Shown in pieces: positions 13,241 through 27,394 of a stretch of 64,000 bases of DNA. Every line of letters begins with the position of its first letter. Position 1 is the first letter of the stretch. Origin of the DNA: Camelus ferus. Taxonomy: Eukaryota. The notes beneath the pieces are model-generated. The model ran no database searches. It was not told the DNA's origin and saw only the letters and a program-made list of their open reading frames with translations. The stretch is taken from assembly GCF_009834535.1 (NCBI RefSeq), contig NC_045696.1:45510001-45574000 (forward strand), given 5' to 3'. The position numbers and the translations under genes are program-made.

Positions 13241-14169
13241 ATAATTTCTTAAGTGTTTTCCAACTTAAAATGCCAGGTGAATTCAATTATTTTAGTAGTT
13301 ATGTTATTATCTTAATATGTATTAGGAAAAAAAGCATATTTAACCCATGATTTCACAGATAGGATTTTGAGAGGAGACTATCATAGACATTAAATTTAAA
13401 GTGAATTAATCTAAATAGAAATATTAAATAATAGTATAAATGATACCCAGACATAGTAACATCAGGAAAGTGGAATTTAATTGACTGAACTTTAGGAAAT
13501 CCTGTAACGACTTATTGTGCACCTCCAGTCAGTAGCACTGCTAAGTGGGTGCTATTCAGAACTGGTACTCAGGGAAGCTGGGGAGGTTATATTTAGTACC
13601 TACCACATTCCAGTAACAACTTACTAGCACTGTGTCCTCATGATGCTCTTGGGTTACCAAGGAACCATTCTCTATATATTTGGAATTCATTTCCTCTCTT
13701 CAAATTTATCTGACCTATGTTCACTACTTAAATACCATGCTACCTGGCAAACTATCAAACGAGTTTCCTCTGAAAGTTAACTTTTTACTGTAACAGCAGC
13801 ATTTATACCTAAATCATAGGAGTGAATAATTATGGTATTTCAGGCATTGTGTCACAGCCAGAATGTTATTTACAAGTAGGAAGGCTAAGTCCTTTAGATG
13901 CTCCCTAAATCATACCAGGTAATTGTGATGTCAAACTGGTTGTGAAGGTGACTCTCCTTTCATTACCAGTAGGAGTCATATCATTTTGAGGTGTATGTTT
14001 GTTTCATCTCATGACAAAGAAAAATTTTCCACTTACATGGGAAATGAAAGTTTAATGATAACTTCATACAACTATTTAATTTTAAGTCATGTCAACAACT
14101 GAAGATTCATTGAGCACCAGTTGCGTACTAGCCATTATTCTAGGCACTGAGGATACAAAGAAGTAGGCA

Positions 14170-14327
14170 AGGGGGGAGGGTATAGCTCAAGTGGTAGAGC
14201 GCATGCTTAGCATGCACTAGATCCTGGGTTCAATCCCAGGTGCCTCCATTGAAAAACTAACTAACTAACTAAACCTAATTACCCCCCTCTCGAAAAAAAA
14301 AAAAATCAAATAGGATCATTAAAAAAA
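14170..14327 (+). mobile_element. tRNA-Ala(AGC)-derived SINE, camelid Vic-1 type
   Basis: Head GGGGAGGGTATAGCTCAAGTGGTAGAGCGCATGCTTAGCATGCAC...GGGTTCAATCCC carries an A box (14183-14194) and B box (14227-14237), followed by AAACCTAATTACCCCCC and an A-rich tail. A 13-bp TSD, AAAGAAGTAGGCA, lies at 14157-14169 and 14328-14340. Confidence 0.92.
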
Positions 14328-14378
14328 AAAGAAGTAGGCATAGTTCTTACTCTTAGATATTTTATTATTGAGTGAGTA

Positions 14379-14419
14379 TGTGTGTGTGTCTCTGTGTGTG
14401 TGTGTGTGTGTACGTGTGT
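14379..14419. repeat. Interrupted (TG)n microsatellite
   Basis: TG run interrupted by CTC and AC. Confidence 0.9.
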
Positions 14420-15774
14420 TCCAGGCTGAGATGGAAGAGGAGGAGCGACACAGGGCTGGGGGAGAAACAAATGAACAGATGACTGTGTTGCAGTGCTGTG
14501 AACTCTGCGGTGGCAAGCCTGAAGGGTCTCCTTAGTGCAGAAGAGAGGCATCACCTCATCCAGGCCAGGGGTGCTTAGAGAAGGCTCCCTAGAGGAGGCA
14601 TGGCCTGAGTTGAGTCTTCAAGGAAATGTGAGGGTTGGCCAAACAAACAGGGAGAAAAGAGCATTCAGGGCAGAAGAAACAGAACAGACAAAGACATGGA
14701 AGACACAAAGCTGTCGCTATTGAGGAAGAGCAAATAGGTCAGTGTGGTAAAGGTTACCTTGAGCTGGGACTTAAACTCAGTGTTTCCTCTATACTATGTG
14801 ATGCTATGCAGTCCGTATGAGCTACAGCCCGGAGCAAGCAGACCTACTGAGAAAATACCCCCTTGTCACTGAAGCTAATGGTATTAATATAAAACTGACG
14901 AAACTAACTACTGCATTTAATGACTCACTATTTAGAATCCCAAATCCCTCAAAAAGATGTTAACTTAAAATGTAATGAATGTAATATAATGTAAAAGTCA
15001 CATGAATTCATTTATCTATTTACTTATTCAATAAGTATTAAGAACCATTTACATGTTACAAAATTGTGCTGGTGGAGAGATGCAGTGATAAGCAAGCTAT
15101 GCCTTGTGCACCTAAACACATCACACTGTAATAACAAAAATGTTCTGCCTTGAGTCTGAAACACAAGAGACAAACAGCAAAAACTGTTCAGTATAATGAT
15201 GGCCTTATTGAATAGAAATGGGCTGCTCTGGCTACTATCACAGGTTTCCTGGTTTGCTTAGCAGTTTTATCCCTATCGTAGTGTAAAGACAGGCATAGAT
15301 CAGCATTGATAACACTATTTCATAAAATCATCGAGTATCTTTATATTAACTCTTTGCTCATTAAAAACATTTTCTGACAGTAATTTCACTATTCCACCTA
15401 GGAATAAAATGGATTGACAAAAACAGGTGTGTCCTGAATCTCTTGGCTGTTCTAATCCCCATTTTCACCTAATATTACGTCTGACCAAGCAGGAGCTTGT
15501 GATTTAGGGCTTATGACTACTCTCTGAGGCCTCATCACTGCAGTAGGAACTAACACGGGACAACCCACACTGCGGAACAGTGCAGACTAGTGGAGACTAA
15601 CACAGAGGGTCCAAGACTGAGGATGACAGAGTCCGCAAGAAGGGCACTTAGCTTTTGTTGCTTATTCAGTCAGCCACTGTCTTTCTCTTTATTTTATACT
15701 AATTGTACAAGGCAGTTATTACAGATGTTCAAACATAGAAAATAGAACACCCTATGTAACCAGAGTCCATCAGC

Positions 15775-16290
15775 AATAAATACATTAGTATGTATCTCTG
15801 AAGAATGCTTCTTTTTAAAAAAATATAACTTTGATGCCAATTATTACTTAAGTGTTTACAATAACATCTTAACATCATTGAATACCTGCTTAAATGCTCA
15901 AATTTCTAATTGTCTTATATATGTTATTTTTCTTAATGAATCAGGATAATAATAAGGAGTACATATTGCAAATTGTCGATATGTTGTTTAAATCTTTTTT
16001 AATTTATAAGGATCTCCTTCAATTTTATTTTCCTTACTTGCAATTTAAATGTTGGAAAAAAGAACCGTGGTACTGACTGCATCTTTGTAGTGTCACCTGA
16101 CATGTTCATTAGTCATGTGTATTTTCTTTAAATTAACATCTGGATCTAAAGATTTCTTTTAAATTCAGTTTCTCCTATATTTTATTCATTTTTGACAAGA
16201 TTATGTCACAGTTATAAGTTCTATCAAGAGACACAGCCTCTAGTCATCCTTTTTTGTGATGCCAGCAGCTATAGATGCTTAATGCCTAGA
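15775..16290 (-). mobile_element. Ancient L1MC/L1ME 3' UTR fragment
   Basis: Diverged motifs AAATACATTAGTATGTATCTC...GAATCAGGAT...CATATTGCA...GTTTAAATCTTTTTTAATTTATA resemble recalled L1MC4/5 3' ends. Confidence 0.6.
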
Positions 16291-17197
16291 TCTAAATTAC
16301 TTTTAGAAGAATCAACTTATCTTTGCAACAATGTCTGAAGGAAACCTTTTGTTCTTCATATTCCCATCAACTGAATATAGAAAAAGAAAAATGGATGCAT
16401 ATAGTATTTCTTCTAGAAAGAAAGAGATAGAGAGAGAGCTAGAGCAAGAATGAGAGAGACACAGAGAAAGAGAGGTCATCAGAGATCATTTAATTGATGA
16501 TCTAATTAAAAGAAATAACTACTCTTAGGAATCTTATAATTGACCAGTAATATCAGGCAAGTTATTTCATTGATGGTATAGAAATCCTAGTGAATAAAAG
16601 CCACTATTTTGATACAATGCTATAGTAGATATTTATATATTTTCAAGCCCCATTGGACCTCAACACAATAAAGATTATTTCTGTAGTCTGGAAATTGTTT
16701 CTGTTTGTATCTGCTTATAGTAAGACTGGATAAAGTGAAGCATGGAAGGCACCATGTCACACGGACCTATAATTAAAGTCCAATACGAAGTCAGTAGTAG
16801 AAATTAGAATGCAGCTAATATATATTTCAGCACTATTTTAGACAACATGTTAAAATCTTCCCTAAACCAATAAAAGAAGCACAAATAGAGATGCAGTGAA
16901 GAGAGAATTCAAGTTAGGGAAAATGATTTTTTTTTTAAGCTTCGAAGGATAGGCACTATTTGAAATAGACCTTGAAAAGAAATGTATATGTTGAGAGGGA
17001 GATTGAAAGGCATTCAAAATGGAAGGTAATGGAATGGAAATGGACAGCAGCCTGGTTTGGGTGGAGAGTGGTGGATTAAAGACGGGTGAAAAATCTGTGA
17101 ATGTGGATGGAGCCTATATATTAGTTAAGTATACTAGGTTTGGAGATGGATACTCTACAGTACAAGTTTTAGCTCAGCTTCTAAGTGGTGGTGTAAC

Positions 17198-17590
17198 TCT
17201 GTTAGTATGGGTCTTCTGAGAAGCACATATCAAGACAGCATTAGGCATGCAAGAGTTGATTGAAGTAAATGCTCATGAGAGAAAATGGGAGGGAGCTAGA
17301 GAAGATCAAGAAAGTTGTCAGACCATGATTTACGTCACTTGTTAAGGAGAAAGAGAAGGAAGGAAGGATGGTTTTAGACTGCAGTGTAGCTCAGGAAAAC
17401 TTATAAAACATTAGTAGTAAGTCCTTGAGTCAAAGTTGTTTGTCAGAGGAGTCTTGTATCTCCCAGTCATTGAATGGGAGCCCTTAGGAACTGTGACTTT
17501 GGTGCATACATGGTGATGGATTTCAGAGCCCAGCAGCTGAAGCCATGGTCAATTACACTCCCTACCCTGAAGGATACACTTTTGTGGCTT
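17198..17590 (-). mobile_element. ERVL solo LTR, LTR16A-like, nested in a MIR
   Basis: GTTAGT..GGGTCTTCTGAGAAGCA...TTAGACTGCAGTGTAG...GTCCTTGAGTCAAAGTTG...GGTGATGGATTTCAGAGCCCAGCAGCTG...GTCAATTACACTCCCT resembles reverse LTR16A. MIR-like halves flank it at about 17135-17197 and 17591-17685. Confidence 0.78.
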
Positions 17591-20500
17591 TGAGTAGCTA
17601 ACTTTCTGAGTTGCAGCTCTGCCATTTATCAAGGGGAAATATGAATACTTATTTCATAGAGTTGTTGCCAATCAAATGAGCACAGATCTATAATTTAGAA
17701 AAATTACAGTATAGAAGTGGTTTCAGATATGATGTTGGTGGCTTTGATGATTATGGCAAATAGATGTAGGGGTAAGAGTTTTTCTTTAATTGGGTTAAAA
17801 ATCAAAAATCTATAAGGTCTTCTTGGCAAAAAAATGTGGTATTATCAAACCACTTTAAGAATTAAAAAAAAGCAGTTATTGAGAGAGAAGTATCAGAATA
17901 GGGAAAGGCACTGTCATCTCACGGAATTAGAGACAAAGCAGAGAGAAGTAGAGGGTATGAGTACAAACCAATCTTATAAAAGAGATTGAATGAGGGAACC
18001 CTATTAGAAAATGTTCATATTAAATAAGGCAACATAATAGGAGGTAACAAAATCCTGAACTCAAATGTTGCCTGTAATCATGAAAAGGAAGGAGAATATA
18101 AATGAAACACAGGAGAATTCATCTATGGACAGGATATCTGAGTTGATGTGTAAGGTTAGAGGAAAGAAGAAGCAAGCTTTATCACCAAGATTTCAAGTTA
18201 GTATCTTGGGACTGTTGATTGGGAGTAAAAAAAAAAAAAAAAAAAAAAGGAGCAAGTTTAAAAAATTAAAAACTTTAGGTTTAGATATTGTCTATCCATT
18301 TAAATTTTAGATTTTGAAACTGTGCTATTAGCAAGTTATTCATATCTAAAAATGAATGTTAGCATCTTAGGAATAAGTTAGATCAGTAGTAAATACACTT
18401 GAAATGCAAAAGAATAGGAATGAACTTGTGACTAAGAGAATGCATATGGTCACCAAGAAAGTAAGTACAGAAGAGTGAAGTAAAGCAAAGCCAGGGCTTT
18501 CATACATTCCTGAATTTAGCTCGAAAGTAGAGTCAGGGCTTTGTGGTGAAAGTGAATGGAAAAGGAAAGTAAGAAGAAAAAAATCAGTGAATTCAGAAAT
18601 TTAGGAGGCAATGATAAACACTGGCCAGGAAAATACACCAGAAAAGCTTCAACACTGGAATCAGAATTGAAGAAGAATTAAATAAACTTGTTAATTAATC
18701 TATGAGACCACAGTTTCATTAGGTATAGAATTATAAGTATTTAAAATAAGTTAACTATGTGGACGATAAGGCCGTTACGATACATTCCTTTTCTAAGATT
18801 ACTGAAAGAAAATGGAAAGAAAGTGATGAAACAGTAAGCAGTTTTGGGGCAGCAACATTTGGAGAAGTTTGTATTTTTGTTTATTTTTCTCAGGGAGTTG
18901 TTTGTTGCTCATCCCAAGCACCTTTGCAGACGGAGGGAAAGAAAATAGTTGGAAATGAAAATTTAAAGAAACATGTGCAAATTGATAGATAATTTAAACG
19001 GCCATAATTGATAAACCGAAGTCCTAGGGAAGAGAGAACAATGGGTGGGATTAGAGCACAAGCAGAAGGACCAGCCTTGGTTAAAAAAGATTATCCCTTC
19101 TCAGAGGCTGCAAAGTAGAAAAGAGAGGGAGAAGCTGTGGGGTGATTTTAAGAATGAAAAAGATGGGAGATGAGTATTTGCATGTGGGGAGCCTTACATT
19201 TCTCCATTTCTCAGTAAATTAGGGAGTAATACCATCACCCCTTTTCTTATCAGTCACAAAATTTCCTTAATGTGATAATTTCCGCTGCCAGCCATAATGT
19301 ACTGATCACATTTCCCTTGCTTGTGCTCTTTAAAATGCCTGGAAACTTCTGCTCATTCCTGACAGTATTAATGAAATGATTCCATTAAGGCACAAATTAG
19401 GCTAATATTTTATTGAATTAATTTATTTAGATTGAGTCTGATTACTTAGGTATCATGATAATCACCCTGGAAGCATTTGAATAAAATAACCCAATTAATT
19501 TAATAAATTCTTCATTTACTCTTGCATTCCAGATGTAATTAAAACAATCAGTTTAACCCATTAATATGGACTTAGCAACTTGGCCTGTCAAACGAAGATA
19601 TAGCAACAAACAAAAAAATCACTCATAAGGATTTTCTCTAGGAACATGATCAAGTCAGTTACATTCACACATTTTATGTATGCATAATGATGTATGGTTA
19701 TTATTTTATATTTAAAGTAAAATTCACTCTTATGTGAAATTCTGATTTATTAACAATTTAGTAATAGCTAATTTTGGTTCTACTTATGCATTAGTGAATA
19801 CTATTATGCATTAAATCACTTCCTTTCCCCAAGGGCAATATATATATTAAGAACTACTGTCAATGAACTGTTCACTGATCTCGGCCCTCCTACTACATTT
19901 TCCCAGGAAAATTCAATCACAGCTGTGTAACAGAGACATAATAAGAGGGAAATATTTATATAGACTTTGGTATAACTGTGACCTTTTCAAACCAGAATCA
20001 TTCATACCAGTCTTCATTAGAGTTGAGACCCAACCAAGACAAAATTCAGGTAACAGAAGGAACACATTCTCTTGACAAGATTACATTCAGTATTTTGTAG
20101 TCATAATTTGCAAAATATGGCCAGTTTTCCTGAACCAAACAAAATCATAGGACTACTGATACCCTGTGATGAAAAATATCACAACCTACTTCAGAAACTG
20201 GCAGCTTTCATGAACTACATTTTGAAAAGCCGTATGTATTCCAAAAGCTATAAAGTGTCATTGCTTTCTGGTACTTTAGTAACAAACACTTAAACCTGAA
20301 CACCATGAGGAATGGAACACAGGCTTTTTTTTTTTTTTTTTTTAATCTGAGTACTTCATGAGAGAAATGATGCCTGTTAATCCATGGTTGGTAACTCATA
20401 TGCCAGGATTCAGATCTAGAAAGCAAGGAAAAGTAGGTGTATCTGCCTGAGGTCAATGTTGGTGACTTAGTTAATAAATTAATTTTTAAAAATACTAGTC

Positions 20501-22194
20501 TAAATTTTATCTTTCCTTTTAGGCTATTCATCTCAGCATCTTTCCTGTCTTTGGCAGCTGTTATCAACAATCCTGCAAATACATCTCTGCCTCTATTCTC
20601 AGAAAAACTCCTATTCATTCTGGTGGGAGATGTCTTACAACGTCCCAACAAGGCGTCATCTAAGTAGAATGGGCATCAGTCACAAGAATGTCGGATTCTG
20701 AATCACCCCTCTGCTATGCTCTAAAGCTTCTTGGCAGAGACAGAAAGAGGGATGTTTCTTCTCAATTCATCTCCCTTCTTTGTAGCACTGTCACAAATCC
20801 CTACAAGAAAATGGACATGAGTCAACTGCATAACCTCATGGTCAGCAGTGTCCAGTCAAAGAGAAACGTGAATCTTCACAGAGAACGTTAGAAGCAGCCC
20901 GGCACACATGCTCATTTCATTTGCTATTGACTACTGGTATCAGAGGAACCTTCAACCTCTGCCAAGGCCCTTCTTTTATGGAGCTAAAAACCTAAAAGGT
21001 TCAGGGGCATCAAAAAAATCAGAAGCCAAAATGAAGTTGCCTACTTTTGTGATATGACACATTCCTGCTTCTTAAAATGAAAATAATTCTGCAATAGTTC
21101 ATAACTTATTTTAAAAAAAGATGCATTTGGCCTGCTTAAAGGATAGCATTTGGAATACATCTGTACGGATTTTACACACATGCACATACATACACACACA
21201 AATTTGCTACTGAAAGCCTCAGTTTAGCCAACTGTCTATCATTAACTTTGTTTGATCACTTCTGATTTAGTAACTAAGAACCAGTTGGTACCCATATGGA
21301 ATATTTCTTTATGGTGCTCTGGGGAGAATGGATTTATGAAGTTGTTTTCAAATTATATTTATCCTTGTTATATATTGAGAAAGAGAAAGGAGAAAAGAAA
21401 AAATTCTCATTTTCTTGTCCAGTTTGTTGCAAGTGGACTAAAAGATTACCCTGGACTATTTTAAATTTCTTTTATTTGTAGCTATGTTTTTGGCCTTCAT
21501 ATGTGTTTATTAAGTATAATATTATCTGCTTTGTCTGGCTTCTCAAAGCAGCAGCCAGACCATAACAAAGTGAGGGTTGAGAAATACTGTTAATAAGATC
21601 AAGATATATATGCAAATATGTGGGGCCATCAGTCTTCCCTCACCACAGGAAATTATTTAGGAAAAAGAAGCAGTGCCTTGTTCAAAGCAAATGCGTAGCC
21701 ACAAATGCCATCATTATTGTTACTTTCAACTCTGATGTTTCTACCTTGCTTTTTCCATCCTTTCATTCTCCTATGCTTTCTTTTGTTCTAAATTTAACTC
21801 AAACCCATAGAAACCTGACACCAACTTTCTACTCTCTCATGGATGCTTGCTTTCAATTTTGTTTTTGCTTCTTCTCACATCTTCTCATTACACTTTTCCT
21901 CATTTTCCTCAGACATAGTGCTATTCTTTTATTATCTTTCTTTTCCTTTTCATCCTGCCCTTCCAACCTATAAAGATGATTCTATATATATCTATCTATT
22001 CTATATATCCTGCAGGGAAGAAATTCAACTGACTTGTATCTAGCTAGAGGGAGAGGAGAGGAGAGGAGAGAAAGGTAGGGAGAGAGAGTTTTTTGAAGTA
22101 TTTAGCATCCAACACATGGGACCTGAACAAATAGTATTTGGATCTTCCATTGAGAGATGGAATAGCTTCACTGCCAGCCCAGCCTTTATGTTTG

Positions 22195-22751
22195 GAAGCT
22201 CCCTGGTGTGCTCCTACTTTCTCCCAGTTATACAATTCTAGGTGCTACTGTGAAGGGATTTTGCACATCAAATTACAGTTCTCAATCAACTGAATTTAAG
22301 ATAGACTATCAGGTGGACTTGACCTAGTTGTATGTGCCCTTTGATCTGAGCCTAGAGACACAGGAAGTCGGAGACTCAGTCAGAGAGAGATATTCCTGTT
22401 GGCCTAGAAAAAAGCAAACACTAGTAAGGAACTGTGAGTGGCCTCTAGGAGCCAAGAGTGGTCCCTGGTCCCAACTGTTAAAAAATGGGGCCATTCCTAC
22501 AACTACTAGTAACTGAATTCTGCCAACAACTTTAATGAGCTTGAAAGAGGACATGGAGACTCAGACGAGAATGACAGTGTAACCAACACTTGGTTGCTGG
22601 CTTGACTATAACCATGTGAAACTCTGAACAGAGAACATAGCTACACCATGCCCAGACTTCTGACCAACAGACTCTCTAAGATAATAAATTTGCATTTCTT
22701 CAAGTCATTAAGCTTATGGCAATTTTTATACAGCAACAGAAAATAAATACA
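22195..22751 (+). mobile_element. MaLR solo LTR, MLT1E-like
   Basis: GTGAAGGGATTTTGCA...GTGGCCTCTAGGAGC...CTGAATTCTGCCAACAAC...CCATGCCCAGACTTCTGACC...ATAATAAATTTG...GCAACAGAAAATAAATACA terminus. Confidence 0.85.
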
Positions 22752-23309
22752 TTCTTCATAAATAAACTTCAAAAAAGCAAGTTTTTCACATATCTGTTGT
22801 TGCTTGGTTGGCCTGTAATACGCTAAAATTCTTTTTAACAAAGAAAATTTCATGATTACAAAAAGAAAGGGAAAATATCTCAGAACACTTGTCTTATTGC
22901 TTACTAATACCGATATCTACAGGTATAGCTAATATAGATGCTGAAATAAATTACACCAGTATGTTAAAGAATTCAGAACACAGGAAACTATAAGCAATAA
23001 ACTACTATTGTAACATCACAAATATTCATGGAGTTTGACTCTTGGATACTCAATGAAGCCTTAGAATCACTTATGTTTCAAAGTGACTATTTCTAAGTTC
23101 TTTAATGGAGTGCTTCAAAATACTGCAGAAAGGACAAACACTGGACTCACCAGAACTCCTTCTCCTTCTCTTTTTATCTTGAGTGAGGGAGATACGTATC
23201 CACACGATCGATGACAAGGACTAGGATAACAAAACTTGGGGGCAGACCCCATTCTTTGAAAGTTTTTCCAGTGTAATGTCTGTTGTTAAGCGTTGTCTCC
23301 CCATTGTGT

Positions 23310-23819
23310 GATATATATGACAGCTAATTCCCAATTCCCTCTTGTTTTCTTCCTAGTAGAAGCCCTTTTAGTTCAGAGATTCACAATATAGCTAGTCCTC
23401 AAGGGGGATTTTGATTTGTTTGAGCCAATTAGATAATGGCATTCCTTAGTCTAGATGTGGACATGTGAATTAATTTTTCTCAATCAGATTAAAGAAAAGA
23501 ATGTTTTCCAGGTTCAAGGGAGAAATCTCCCCTTTCCTTTCCTACTAGCAGTAAATAAAACTTAACGGTGCTCAGATTGTCATGCTCAGCCATCTTGAAA
23601 CCATGAGGACAACCAGCCTCAGAAGGTAGCTGAGTACAAAGAAGAGAAATAAGAAAAGGACTTGGATCTTTGATTATATTAGGCTTCTCATTACAACACA
23701 TTTGGAGCCCATTCTACCTCTGGACTTCTAGATATATTAGATAAGACATTTCTTTCTTGGTTAAACCACTTTGAGTCGGGGGTTTTCTGTTATCTACGGC
23801 TCAAATATCCTAACAGATA
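23310..23819 (+). mobile_element. MaLR solo LTR, MLT1J/K-like
   Basis: CAGCCATCTTGAAACCATGAGG...CTACCTCTGGACTTCT...GTTAAACCACTTTGAGTCGGGGGTTTTCTGTTA...ATCCTAACAGATA. Confidence 0.75.
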
Positions 23820-24734
23820 ATATGAGAGATCAATACTCACTGTCAGTATGCTGCTTAAACTTCAGCTGAGCTTTATTCTCAAATGTAAAGCATTTCAAAA
23901 GGCCTGTAGAATTTCATCTTAGTTTCCCAGGCAACTATCACATGTCACTCGTGAATGTTCTGAAGCACACAGGTAATACTCCATCTCATCACCTCAATTT
24001 TAAACCTGGAGAAAGACAAATGAAATGGGTGCCAATAACTCCTCAGGCCTGTGGAGATAAAAGAAAAGAATGAAAATCCAGGAGGCAAAGGCAAGTAAAC
24101 AATGTACTCTGCTATCTAATCTCCCCTTTTCTACTCTTTGTTTTCATTTCTCTTTTTTAATGCTGCCAACGAGAGATTCAAAATTAGATGTAAATTTTCC
24201 TTAGAGTTAAGCCCTTATTTCTGCATTAGTTTTCTGGACTCCCTTGACCCTTGTATATGAGTAACATCGCCTCCAGCAGAGATAAGATTCAACAATTCCA
24301 AATTCATAATCTAAGACCTTTTGTTCTCTTCTCCCCCATTTTATTCATAGGAATAAAAATCAGTTTTAGACCTGAAAAGGTATAACAGACTTTCAGGTAA
24401 ATCATTTAGATGCTAATATGTATCCTCTCAAAATGTCCCTTCAATAGGGCAGAATTATATACAAGATGATGGAAATAAAATTGAAAGAATATTTTTGGTC
24501 AAATTTTATAATTCTTTTTTCATTATAGGCCATAAGTTGGAGATGATTTCAAGCCAAGGCTGGTAGCTTTGTTCATAGGTTCTTTGGATAGTAACCAAAT
24601 GAGACTTCCATTTAGGCCACAGAAGAAATCTCATGAGATACAAAACATTCAGAAAAGCTGAGGACTTCTCCATACCCAAGAAACTTGGAAAGTGAGACCA
24701 CGCCTCACCTGAACGGTTCATTGGTTCCACCTGG

Positions 24735-25345
24735 CTTTTTGGCTTTCACTTCTTTCCTGCTATTGTCTATTGTCCACACGGTGGCCAGCATGATCCTGTT
24801 AATTAGGAAACAGAACATCATCTCTGCTCAAAACCTCCAGCAACTTTTCATCTTACTCAAAACATTATGGTCTTTAAAACTCCATATAATCTGATTTTCT
24901 ACTAACCAGCTGGATTTTATGTTCTGCACTACTTTCCTTCTCAAAGTCCACCCCATCCACCCTGCCTCCCTGATGTTGAAAACGCCAAGGCTACTTGCAC
25001 TCAGTGACTCTGCCTTTGAAGTTCCTCCCAGAGATATTTGCTTGGCTCACCTGCTTCAATCAGGTTTCTACTGGAATGCCCCTATTTATTCAGATACATT
25101 CATGACTCCCTGCCCAGCCTAACAAAGTAGCAGTTTTTGCATAACTCCCTTCCCCTCACCCTGTTTATTTTTTTCGTAGTATTTGTCATCACCAGATATA
25201 TTACATAATTTATTGTCTATCATCCACAAGGATATGAGCTCCATATCAGGAGCTTCCCTTCATTTGTTGCTACATCCTAGCACCTGGGACCAGTGCCTGG
25301 CACTTGATAAGAGCTAAATAACCATTTTTTAAACACACGAATAAA
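24735..25345 (+). mobile_element. L2 (L2a-like) 3' fragment
   Basis: TCTCTGCTCAAAACCTCCAG...CCTGTTTATTTTTTTCGTAG...ATATGAGCTCCAT...CCTAGCACCTGGGACCAGTGCCTGGCAC. Confidence 0.8.
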
Positions 25346-27394
25346 CTTTTATTTCAATAAAAGTTGCCAAGAACAGTCACAGCATTATCTAGATAGAATA
25401 CTGTTTTGACAAAAGCAATTTTATCGTTTAATTCTGTATAATGAGACTATTTTTCATTCTTTTTTTAAAAAAAATGTTATTTTCTTTTAAAAAGGAAGTA
25501 TAACATTCATTATAAGGAAATATGTATGTGCAAGTGTGCACATGTGTGTAAAATGTAAAAATGTAAAGGAAGGAAAACAAAATGCAGCTACAATTTCACC
25601 CATCAAGAGACAACTGCTGTTACAGACTGTATAAAAAGAAGCTATCTTCATTTCCTGAGAAACAATTTAAACTAACTTACTCCATGGACTGAAACAATTT
25701 CAACTTTTGCTAAGAAACATACTGAGCAAAGCACCTTCAAAGAGTCATTGACTGTTTAGCACAATGTTAGGTTTGATCATTCACAAAGAAGAACACACAT
25801 TTCAGATTTTCTCACTGGGAGTAGCCTGGTCTCCTCATACTAGAAGTAATAACAGCACTTTTTCAGGAAGTAGACTAAGAAAACAAACAGGTAAACCAAC
25901 AAAACAGCAAAAGACAAAAACAAAATAATTTAAACAGAAATGTTAGTGATCTTCCTCTAGCATGTCATTCAAATCTAGTCGTTAGTGGAGCTAAACCTTA
26001 TTCATCTTCCCTAATGTCTCCACCTAATGTTAGAACCAATCAAAATGTCATTTTGTATGAAGCTCAAGGCCCTATATCTTTTCTTTGACGCATAATCATA
26101 CACATCAATTACAACTTCATATACATATAATATATACAACAAATTTTGAAAAATAAAATTTACATGATATCACATCTTGCACGGTGGCCACAGCTTTCAA
26201 CTTTTACATAACTGACTATGCTATGAATTGTCTGGATGTTCATTTAAGCTCATAGTAGATATTACTAATATTTCCATAATTTTAATATTCCAGTTCGGTT
26301 TTGACCTTTGAATTCATCTTCCTAAACAAGAAAATTCACTCTTTGAAATTAATTCATCTCCATTCATTTATCCAGCAAAGCAAGTTGAAATGATCTATTT
26401 TCAAGTGACCTAACATTATAATGCTTTCAGAGGTTTGTTTCATTTGAATTTTCAAAATATTGTATAGTAGATATTTTCAAATGACATAATGATGTAAGTT
26501 TTTCTTCTTGTTGACATTATTCATTATATACATCTCCTATACTCCCTATGGAGTCCTCAATAGGACTCCCAAATGTTACTGGGAAACATTTTAAAAAGAC
26601 ATGACATGCTGATATGCAAGAGTCAGCAGCTTAGGAAGGCCTAGTCCCATGTTGAAGATGGCCAGCTTTAACTGATTCAGTTCAAATCCAAAAGTTGAAA
26701 TGTTTGCAACATTCCTTGACTTTTACCAATTCAGAGACTTGTTTTCCAAAATTTAATTGCAACCTCCATTTTATTAATAATATTAATTCTTCTTGTAGAA
26801 CAGGAAATTCCAGAAATGCACAGAGGACATATTCTTTTGATCTGTCTAAAACTCGTATCTAAAATCAAAATTTAGCCCTTGTTACTAAGAAAGATAACGC
26901 CCATAAAGCTGCTGTCAATGGGATCCATGCTCTAAGGAGAGAAGCAGGGGCCTAATTTTACTTCTAGGAGATGCACCCTTAAATAAATCTACACTACATT
27001 TTCTTAAATCGCAATCTAAGATTGTGGAACAAACGATGAGCCTCCTTTATACATTTCTCATGACATTACAGGAAAATCTTGTACTTCCAGCTCCCAAAAT
27101 TGATGCCACATAGAGAAGCTAATGTCCAAGAGCAACTAAAGTATAGCAATAACGTTGACTCAGAGTATGCATAGCCCCATGCAATAAATTTGTACTTATT
27201 GATTGATGCCTCCTTCATGTTGAGCACTTTTCTAGGGGCAGGAGAACCAAATAGTCCTGTCACTCAAGGAACTTGTATCCAATAATCTAACAAAATCCAA
27301 TAGTTTAACCAATATACATCAGGCTTAGAGTAAAGAGATAGATGATTTTGAGGGATTAAATCTCATAATGTATTCAGTCTTGCATCATTTAAAT

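Larger units (their letters stand above)
14100..14740 (-). mobile_element. L2 fragment hosting the Vic-1 SINE and a (TG)n tract
   Basis: ATTCATTGAGCACC...TTCTAGGCACTGAGGATACA and AGAAGGCTCCCTAGAGGAGG...CTGAGTTGAGTCTT...AGAGCATTCAGGGCAGA are antisense L2 motifs. Confidence 0.7.

Noticed and set aside
14172..14248. Apparent tRNA-Ala(AGC) gene
   Set aside because: It is flanked by a TSD, followed by a SINE body and A-tail, and has an imperfect acceptor stem. It is a SINE head, not a tRNA gene.
20208..20891. Cluster of ORFs including the longest one (147 aa)
   Set aside because: No recognisable homology or splice structure. The poly-Lys run derives from a poly-T tract, consistent with chance ORFs.
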